Source of the DNA: Phoronis australis
Taxonomy: Eukaryota; Animalia; Phoronida
Length of the DNA: 64,000 nucleotides
Reading direction: 5' to 3'
NCBI GenBank assembly: GCA_002633005.1
Contig: NMRA01000321.1
Location: forward strand, 31,086 to 95,085
Below, piece by piece: positions 48,805 through 64,000 of this stretch (positions are counted from its first letter, which is position 1; the number at the start of each line of letters is the position of its first letter). The position numbers and the translations under genes were made by a program. The notes under the pieces are model-generated. The model saw only the letters and a program-made list of their open reading frames with translations. It did no database searches and was not told the origin of the DNA.

Positions 48805-49371
48805 AGTCATATTATTAGCAATACTGCTTATGCCAATAAAACATTTATAATAAAGAGAAGTTATCTAAAAGGCGCAACAACGATATGTAGATCATATTTC
48901 AACTTTGGTTGGCACAATCATTGCCTAAGGTGTGCACAACGCAGGATAATATTTGAATTTCCTGAGAATATGTACGTGTGGCATGGGCATCAGCATGAAA
49001 CGGAATGCAGTATTTCAACGTTATCTTGCCTGTTCTGGATTTTCTCAGGCTATAACGACATTTAAATCAAAACCACATCGTAGCATCTAAATTTTAAAGC
49101 TCCCTAGGTACGCGTGGATTCTGAGAACGTTACGTCCGTCACTAAAAAAATGCCTTTGTCTCAAAAAATCTTTCAAATTTAAACTTTGATTTCATTAATG
49201 CGTATTGCGTGTGTGACGTCAACTTATTGATGACGTCTAAACTCATACTTATAAATATGGCAATGAAAGTACCCATCAGGGTATTACCTGACTTGATGAT
49301 CTTTCTAATGGCATATATCAGGGATTGTGAACTTTACCAAGTGACGTATAGCGTCACTCACAGAAAACCTT

Positions 49372-51842
49372 TTGGACATCACAACGGCAATAGTTTCCAT
49401 CATACTGGACGATTTTGAGGATGGTGGCTTGAGTGACGAATACTTAGATTCGAGTATCACTATGACTAAAGTGGATGGATTGGACAAATCAAAACGGTTC
49501 ACTATGAATACATTGAAGACATTCTCGACGACATCACAGAAACACCACACGAGCATAAGGACAGTACAGCCGCTACAACCATAAGTTCAGAAAGAAAGCT
49601 CAAATCGTATCGTCCAACTACAGGAAATAGCAAAAGCAAATTGAATCAGAATAATGACTTCATTGAAAACAGTGAAGTTATCAATGAGGTTGGTACTACG
49701 CAGCTGCAGGAGAAACGAAAAGAGAAGAAAGACGGTATATTTACAGGTGAAGGGCTTGGATACAATGATGATGCGATTGTTAAAGAAGACGGTTGTATAG
49801 TTGATGCAACCGAGGGTAAAAACGGACGCGTTGCCGATGATACCGAAAGAAAGGATAGATACGTTCGCGGTGCAATAAATGGTAATGCTGGACGAGCCAT
49901 AAACAGCGCGGGTGGCAACAACGGACATGAACAGGATGTTTCCAAAGTAAATGACGGAAGCGAAAACGATGCTCATGACGTAAATGCCGAAGACGTGTCT
50001 GACGCTCCACATGATGGTGGTCCTAGACCAGGTGTTATATGTAAAAAACGCTACCATAGGCATACATGTAGGTCTGACACTACATGACAAATGTGATTCT
50101 ATACATGGAACTCCGTGTGAAAATGGTGATGCTGAGCAAGATGCCACGTAAGGAAGTGATAATCCTGAGCATGATACTGTGTGTGAAAATGGTAATCCCG
50201 ACCATAATATTCTGAATAGAAATGAGGGTCTTGGGTATGATACGTCATATGGAAATGGCGATCCTTACTATGATACTTATGGAAATGGTGACTCAGCGCA
50301 TGATACTCCGAATGGAAATGGTGGTTCAGGGCATAATACTCCCTATGAAAATGGTGATCCAGGGGATGATACTCCGTATGGAAATGGTGATTTTGAGCAT
50401 GATACTTCGTATAGAAATGTTGATTCTGAGCCTGATACTCCTTATGAAAATGGTGATCCGGGGCATCATGCTCTGTATGAAAATGGTAATCCTGAGCATG
50501 ATACTATAAATGAAAATGATGGCCCAGGGAATGATACTACATATAGAAATAGCGATCCTGGCTCTGATACTTATGGGAATGGCGGTCCAGTATGGAAATG
50601 GTGATCCTGAGCCTAATGTTCCGGCCTATGAAAATAGTGAAATACGGGATGATACTCCGTATGGAAATGGTGATCCTGAGCCCAATATTCCGTATGAAAA
50701 TGGTGATTCAGGACATGATACCTCGTATGGATATGGTGATCTTGAACATGGTACTCGACATGAAAATAGTGACCCAGGGCATGATACTCGGTATGGAGGT
50801 GATGATCCAGGGAATGATACTCAGTATAAAAATGGTGATCCTGAACATAATGCTCCGTATGGAAATGGTGATCCAGATCATGATACTCCGTAGGAAAACG
50901 GTGATTTTGAGCCTAATACTTCGTATGGAAATGGTGATTCTGAGCCAGATACTTTGTATGGAAATGGTGATCCAGGACATGATGCGCCGTATAGAAATGG
51001 TGATCCAGGGCAGGATGCTTCGTATAGAAATAGGGATCCAGGGCACGATACTGCGTACAGAAACAGTGATACAGGGAATGGTACTGAGCATGGGAATGGT
51101 GAGCCCCTACCATGATGTTTCCTGTGGAAATGGTAATCCAGGGCATGATGCTCCGCAAGAAAATGATGACCGTGGCCCTGAGCATTGTCCACCGTATGAA
51201 AATGGTTACTCTGAGCAAGATGTTTTGTATGAAAACAATGAATCCGAGTATGGTTCTAATTATGAGAATGGTGATTTTGGTCATGCTTTGTATGGTACAC
51301 TGTGTGGAAGTGCTGCTCTTGACCAAGATACTCCGTACGAAAATGACGATCTTAGGCATGATAACCCCTGTGAAAATAATGATCAAGCTGGCCATGAAAC
51401 TCCGTATAAAAATAGTGATTCTGAGCATGAATCTACGAATGAAAAGTGGAATCCTGAGCATGATACTCTATATGAAGAAGGTGATTATGAGCATGATAAT
51501 CCCTATAAAAATGTTGAATCTGGTTATAATACTCCCCATGCAATTGTTGATCCTATGCATGGAAACGGTTCGTCAGGGCATGATACAAGTGTTGAAATCG
51601 GACCCGAAGAATCTCTTGCGAATAAAGAGCGAGAATCTCGTGGCACAGGCGACAACCATGGACTTGTAACTAACCGTACCAATGGAATCCTTGGAGAAAT
51701 CATCGATGTATCTTGTGCCAACGAGGGACGTGTCGCTCATCTTACGGGTGACAGAGGTGGCCGAGTGGGACACTACACTTCTGTCAATAATGAAAGTGCT
51801 AAGGCGAGAAAAGAGTGTGCTGGGACGATCATGGCCTTCTGA
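49372..51842 (+). pseudogene. Disrupted ORF for an acidic low-complexity protein with 11-aa repeats (consensus HDTPYENGDPE/G)
   Basis: Consecutive ORF fragments 49372-49584, 49641-50087, 50179-50604, 50510-50893 and the 3' part of 50592-51842 share D/E/N/G-rich composition; they are broken by stops and frameshifts. No family recognised. Confidence 0.5.
50100..51570. repeat. 33-bp diverged minisatellite (~40+ units)
   Basis: Unit approximately CATGATACTCCGTATG(A/G)AAATGGTGATCCTGAG. Confidence 0.92.
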
Positions 51843-52589
51843 AACAAAATAAAAGTCGTAAGGTTCTAAAGAATAAGACTCAAATGATGAGAAGAGACTA
51901 TCCTGGTGGTGACGCCTGAAGAGTGAAATTTCACAGGAGACTGTACAGCACCAGTTTTATTTACAGTGTTTGGAATCATTATGTTAAATAATCTGTCGTG
52001 TAGCATTAATTTGCAGAATTTTCACACATTTTAAAGTGTAGATCTGCGTATTTTGAGCTTCAATACATGAAAGTATTTTGGCGGCCATTTAAGTTTTACG
52101 TTATTTGAAGTCGTTTTTCGACTGGTGTTGACTTCTGCTCGTACAAATACTTTGCGTGGAGGTCATACGGTTGGTCGCATGACTTGTTCTCTCAATCAAA
52201 TTTTGTGTTTCAAAATTAGACCGAATAACTGCAGGAATAGGGGTTCTTAAAAAATTGCTGTGAACCCAGCATGATATTTCGCCGCTCTCTCAGGCCGCCC
52301 TCCGGAGAGTAATTTACCCTTTTATGGTATCTTCTCGGGGCAGCCGCCGGCTCCGATGCATACAAGGATTCACCACGATTCTTTACGGCCTAAATTAAAA
52401 CTTTTTTCATGATATTTTAAGTTTATTAGATAACCAAGTAAGTGATTACATAACAAAAACAAGTCCTTACAGACAAGTATCGCCGGTCGTAACTAGCTGA
52501 CTGAGTCACATTTATACACGTTTCACACACACGCACAAACGAAACCTGATTATATTGTATACTAAATATTTTGCTGGAATATGGTTATA

Positions 52590-54330
52590 AAAATTTACCA
52601 TTTGTTTTCAAAATATTCTAAGCATCCATTTTTTGTGAAAATATACTTAAGCTTTTTCAGATAATAAGCCAATTCAATTTTGAAGACTGCGATGGAAGAT
52701 ACCTGGCTCCGCAATCGGCGGGATAAGATGCGTATTTTTGCTAGACATAAAATAACATTAAGTGACTTGCTCCTCTTCCTACTAAATCCAAATATAACAG
52801 TGAAAGCGTCTAGATTTTTGTTACAGAGTTTCTACAGATGATAGAAACTCGTATATTTTTTGCCAGAAAGTTTTCACGAAAGAACAGTCAAAGAACAAAT
52901 GAACAATTTCCACTGACCTCGCATGACAGAAGCTTCATAGATCAGAATCACTAGCTCCTATTTGTAACAACAGTTTGGTTGTTCCTATTATTCTATGGAC
53001 AATTCTCATCTGTAGCCATTTTAAACGTCATTGACTGGGCTAAAGTCAAAAGCGTTACGTAAGATATCTTGCAACTCAGATTCAGACTTTTCAATAATAA
53101 AATCAGCTTCCCAAGTTTGATAAAAATTTTGGCCTTTTATATAAATTTTCCAAAGAAGTCTCGTAAAAATCCCGAGTTCTCTTCTTATCACGTGTCATAT
53201 TTTGTAGCATGATCGCTCTCTTCATAGAGATGTTCGTAATGTCCTTTTGATATATTCCTCACGAATATTTTCTAATTCGCGGGTTAGTTAACTCTTCCTC
53301 GGCTCCTCAAAAAAATTCTGATGTAAAATAAAGCTTAAAGTTTCAATACGCCTTTCCATGTCATTTTCTTTAGTACGATTTTGCTTCTTTTTATTGACTG
53401 GGAAGGGAATTGTCATTGTTCTTATATTATTCAGCACAACTTTAAATAGAAGTTTATCATTAATTGAAAACTGACAACAATCATTAAATTCAGAACGTTC
53501 GGGAAGAGTTACCTTATACTCATTAACAGTATTTGCAATGACTTCTTTTACTTTATATATACGTCTTGTCAGACAACAAAGAGTTGTTAAATCGCCAAAA
53601 TCCAGGTCCTTTTTATAATTGTAATATTTCAATGTTACTCTAATAGCTCAGTGATCAATTCTATATTCAAGTTGGTTTTTGCAGAAACCCCATGGGTTCC
53701 TCACAAACTACAAAATAGTGCCACCTAGCACACTTACGTGTATTTCTCTTAAACCATGTGTAACTTTTTCTTTCAGGATGCCCAACTCTCCAAGGGTCAA
53801 ACAAATTTAGCCTAGCTTTCAACTCCTTAACTTTTTTATTGGACGAAGGATTGTTGTTGCACTTATAGTTACAAAAGTCTAAATCATAATCCTGGATGAC
53901 GTTCCAATCCCCACAAAGAACCGCAAACTCTGATGCGTATTCATCGACTTGACTTCTGAGGTTTGAAAAAGATAGGTCACCTTTATTAGGATCATAGATG
54001 TTAAAAATAGGTATAGTGAATTTTGACTCAACTATCAAATCTATAGCTAATAAATTCCCGGACGAGTCATGTTTGATATTTTGATATTAGAAACACTGTA
54101 CTGAAAGTTGTTACCAAATAATATAGTAACTCCTCTAGAATTCCTCGACCCGGGGGAGCAGTAACACTCAGACCCCATTAAAATTTATTTAACCATGTCT
54201 ATCATTTGTGCTAAAAAGTGGGTATCCTGCAAACAATAGATTCTATGATTTTTATTTCTTAAGTAATCAAAAACATCCTTTCGTTTTACTAGGGAGCCCA
54301 ATCCCCTACAATTTATTGTAAAGTAACCAT
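52590..54330 (-). mobile_element. Degenerate L1/Tx1-clade LINE ORF2 (APE endonuclease plus C-terminal zinc finger; RT core absent)
   Basis: NCRGLGSLVKRKDVFDYLRNKNHRIYCLQDTHF near 54300; NIYDPN, LCGDWN, DPWRVGHPERKSYTW in ORF 53667-54038; HLFFDCSFVKTFWQ near 52860-52900; many frameshifts. Confidence 0.85.
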
Positions 54331-55755
54331 TAACACTTTGGCCGGTGAGAGCGTTCTAAATAACATCAGGGTTGGCGATCGCTTCACAGTATAGGGTCAC
54401 TGTCTCTGCACTGTTGAATTCATGTACCTAATCTCACTCACCATACCAAGACACACACAGCAATAAAACTGATTGCGTGATGCAGGCCTAGGATTGCTCT
54501 GAATACCTTGGTATCACAGCATGCCCCAGTTGAGCTGCTAAACAGAACATAGTTAGACCACACAAAAACAAATATCAGCTGAACAAGTTGCATCTTCCTT
54601 GAGCAACGAACTCAGCCGAGAAAAGCTCCCTGGAGAAAAACAATAATCGAAAAACGAGTTGGACTTCTAATTGACCAAATAAATCTGACGAACGTATGGT
54701 ACAGAAAGCTAATTAGAATGAGAAAAAGAACAACAGCCTTACAGGCGACATAAAGTTCTACAGGATAGACTGAAATATACTTTAGTCGCTCAACACTTAT
54801 GCTCCTTCCATTGTTCATCCCTAGCCTTTCGGACCTCCAACCCGACCTTGTCCGTTGTTCACGTATTCTTGTCAGCATATTTTGAGGTCTTAGATGCGAT
54901 GTGTGCTATCTCTCCACGACGTCGGGGTTTTAAGAAATAAGTACCCACGTGCGGGCACAGCGCGGTCGGGCACTCCTAAAATGTCACGGTAATGTGGCAT
55001 TTTGATGAATCGGGGTAAAAATTAAGCTACGTGGCGGGGCTATAGGAGCATAGTTCGAAAAGAAGTATGAGGGTAAACGATTCTTCGGATACGTAAAGGC
55101 CATGGTTCCCAGGATTTCCAGGTTTTCAGTTAGGGGAGGCCAGCTAGGCAGAATATTAGGCTACTGAACCAGGATTGAATATTAGGCTACTGAGCCAGGA
55201 TTTTGTCCGTAAGACATTCTCACTCCGGAATTGCCTAATGGCGGAATCTGACACGGGGGAGGGCATGGCCCCCTGAGTCTAAATTCGCCACTGGCGGATT
55301 CCCTTTCGGCAGCCAAATGAGTATCCCACTGTCCAAAGTTATGGTTGACTAATTGACGCCGCCGGGGGACTAGGAATTGCCAAAGCAGGTCCCGATCGGC
55401 GAAACTCGATGTCAGTGGGTTTAGAGGAATGGCATGCCAACTTTTTGTAATGCATCGTGAAGTGCATCTTGCCTGGGCCTAAAACTGAGTTTGGTCCTCC
55501 AATGAAGTTTTTCAGTGGTTGACACATGTGTAGGCCTACCGTCTTGATTTCAATTTCTTAGTCGGGTATAGCACTGTACTTCATGATCATATATACCCAT
55601 ATACTCTCCTTATTAATATTTTGCATATGGTATTAGTGAAATGATAAATTAGTATGATCAAAAACAAGCAAAACGGTAACTTACTGTGAATTTCAATTCT
55701 GAGTAGCCTGGCTCAGTGCCGACTAGCTGGCCGGCCTTACATTGGGAAACTAGGT

Positions 55756-55844
<89 letters not shown>

Positions 55845-55855
55845 CAGTAGTAGTA
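55756..55855. repeat. (CAG)~28 plus (TAG)n microsatellite
   Basis: Pure AGC run from 55756 to 55841, then GTA-type repeats. Confidence 0.97.
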
Positions 55856-56159
55856 ATCTCTTATTTAAAAGTCGGCCGGTGAAACGTAATTAGCACAAGT
55901 ACTAAAAAAGACAGGCCGGTCCGATCCACTCTAAAACAAACCAGGGGATAGAGTTCAATGACACTAGTACCACCCTAAAAAGCCAAATTTCGCGAGATTC
56001 CGCGTGCTATTACATTTTCAATGAAAGCATGTGATTTTGGCTGAACTCAGTAGACTCAGCGCCTCTGAGCTCGGACTCGGAGCCGGNTTTTTTCCAAAAT
56101 AAACAACATAAGAAGCACAAATGATGCTTTTATAATAAGTCGAATAACCAGCGGACTGC

Positions 56160-56387
56160 TTGGATGCATTATTGCGCAAAAACCGGAAACCGAAAAAGTA
56201 GCGCATGCGCAGACCACACAAACCAGCTCTGGATGCATTATTGGACAGGATGCATTATTGGACACGACACCGGCCCCAGACTAGGCCCAGGCTCACCGCG
56301 CATCGATTGGTGCCGACCAATCAATTGCTTGTATTTCCAGAAGTGCGTAACTGTGAATATTGTTACATCCGGCGCAAAGGCACGACA
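56160..56387 (+). promoter_or_regulatory. Probable POLR2J proximal promoter / 5' UTR
   Basis: CpG-rich stretch just upstream of the ATG. Contains a perfect NRF1-type palindrome GCGCATGCGC (56201-56210), ETS-like CCGGAA (~56183), CCAAT (~56317) and three GGATGCATTATTG copies (56162, 56231, 56248). TSS unknown. Confidence 0.5.
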
Positions 56388-62072
<5,685 letters not shown>

Positions 62073-62669
62073 TTCAGAAGTGTTGATCTGTGAAGATTAT
62101 CATGACATTGTCATACTGTCGATGGTCATTCATCAAAACTCATCATAACTTACCAGAGGCTTGATGCTTTGTGTGTACTACCTGGTCAGACACAGATCCA
62201 GGATTTTGAACAGGGGAGCTCGACAAGTGAAAAAACATAGGTGCTTGAGTTTCGTCCTTTATACAACACTGTAGAAGTGAACGAACAGGGGTCTGGACCC
62301 GCGCTCTGTATCTTCTCTCGCTATTGTCGGTGGTGTGGCTGTGACAAGTGATTCATTTGGATGACAGGCATTGGAATAACATGGAGAATTTCTATGTGAA
62401 CCGTCTTGTCAACTGCAATGTTGTCAGGAGTATTTTGTTAAACGAAGCAAAAGTTGAAATATCTGACATGCTTGACAGTTTCATATTTCATAAAACTCAT
62501 CCGAAACTTAATCTCATTTTCTCCTGCATTATTGTACATTTGGTATTTTGTAATTAAATTACAAACTAAATTTTAAACCGCTATTTTCATGTTAAATTCT
62601 TAATATGGTAAATTGATGTGTGTTGGTCATCCTGTTGATGACTCCTGTAGGAGGAGTCAAGGGTCATAT

Positions 62670-62990
62670 ATCATAGCCACTTCCCAGAATTCCATAGTGC
62701 CCTCTGACTGTCAGTGATATTTTCCCAAAATCTGTCGCATCTGTAGGGGTGTTGAGTCTCAGTGGGTATTTTTTTCATTCCGAAGATTTCTCGCCCAAGT
62801 GTATCATGTCTTCTGTTTACCAACACAGCCCTGGTGAACTGATCTCCACAGGAGAACAAAAAATGATTCTCAACACTGGGTTATGGTTCTCACAAAAAAG
62901 ACATTTACAGCTAGAGGGGATGTTAGGCCTGTTTGATGGTCAGATTATTTGGGACATAGTACGTGGGAGTACAAGAGTTCTAGGCAACAT
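62670..62990 (-). pseudogene. Possible transposase relic (DUF6589/Academ-like GDQxT motif)
   Basis: YYVP followed later by LFSCGDQFTRA and TP.D in shifting frames; weak similarity recalled from memory only. Confidence 0.3.
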
Positions 62991-64000
62991 TGTGGTCAGT
63001 CACGACTTGTCAGTGCTGACTAAGCTGTAGAGAAGATTATAATTGCATATAATTAAAAACCTGTCAAAAGCAATTAGAACATTCGCCTCAATGTAATTAA
63101 CCTTTTTAACTAAAATCATAACAAATTCCAATTTTCAAGTGATGCTGTCTAGTCATGATTTACTTTGCCATTGTTACCGTGGGATATAGATTGTAATTGT
63201 TAGATGTGGAGTGAAGTATTGATTTTGTTAAAGTATCCGCTGGACTCTGGACATTTGTTGTGGCGTCATAAATTTCAAAAATTAAATTTGCGTTTTAGAT
63301 GCAGACTGTGAGAGGTGAAATTTCACTAGCAATAACAATTTGCCTCTAGACACTGCAACGCAAATACGAAGTAGCTACTTCAAATATGGGTGGGCCAAAA
63401 GTATTCAGACAAAATGACCGGGGAATTGCGCGGTCATGACGGCTGGGTGGAAGCCGAATGCGTTGTCAGAGTAGTCTTCCCTCATGAGCCAGAATGAAAA
63501 GGTCCCTATTCCAGACTAACGTTTTTTACTTTTGTTGAACGCCAGACTCGTTCTTTTGTCGTATATCACGAGACAAACGCCAATTATCAAGCGCCCACCC
63601 AGTGGGGGGGGGGGGGNAGTCCGAGAAAACGAGACATAAGTCCACTAAAAAGGTGCAGACGCACAGTTCACAGACATGAAGGTGGTACCCCGTTTTTCTA
63701 GTCCTTTTTTGTTAGCAAAAGGTACACTTGTGTCAGAGATTCGAGCCGGCTCCCATATTAAAGGTTGGGTGCGCGCATGATTATCTACCACGCAGAATGA
63801 ATACATTAATGTAAGCACGCATCGACTCAAAATTTGTCAAAAAGTAAAAACCCATCCAGCGTTTTAGTTAGTTTTTATCCGTATTTTTTTTCGCGAAAGA
63901 GGGATTCTACCCTAATTTTTCACAACCGAGGAATTCAAGTTCAAAGGCCAAACACGTTATAAAATACTACTTTCTATCCTTTACCATGGGCGGCGCAGCA

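Noticed and set aside
50592-51842. 416-aa ORF (longest in the track) as a real intact gene
   Set aside because: Its first ~170 aa (MEMVIL...) are the off-phase reading of the 33-bp repeat, which shifts into the acidic phase midway; overlapping Met/Ile-rich ORFs on both strands are repeat artefacts.

Overview
AT-rich (my estimate is just under 40% GC), intron-rich animal genomic DNA, probably a marine invertebrate; the taxon cannot be fixed from sequence alone. It is not prokaryotic, and most of the ORF track is noise. Two spliced host genes are transcribed divergently. (1) On the minus strand are 8 coding exons (41817 down to 629, 432 codons) of an atypical Gyc-88E-like soluble guanylate cyclase, covering H-NOX, HNOBA/PAS and coiled coil. 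Its catalytic domain lies left of the window, its first coding intron is 24.5 kb, and it carries the distal Tyr/Gln O2-binding signature. (2) On the plus strand is a complete 4-exon POLR2J/RPB11 gene (56388-62072, 116 aa). Introns and the intergenic region hold many transposon relics: a TTAA-flanked Kolobok-type element whose ~310-bp TIRs both contain the start of a THAP ORF, an AT-flanked ISL2EU-type element (THAP, SAP, YqaJ remnants), a Helentron-like element with internal ~430-bp repeats, an Academ-like long-TIR element carrying a satellite array, a Penelope fragment with two degenerate hammerhead-like motifs, an RT-less L1/Tx1 relic and several MITEs/foldbacks. There is also a decayed ORF built on a 33-bp (11-aa) acidic repeat. 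Single Ns at 39823, 56087 and 63617 probably mark assembly joins. I found no convincing new multi-gene system; the best leads are the unusual cyclase substitutions, the THAP-in-both-TIRs element and the 11-aa repeat pseudo-ORF.
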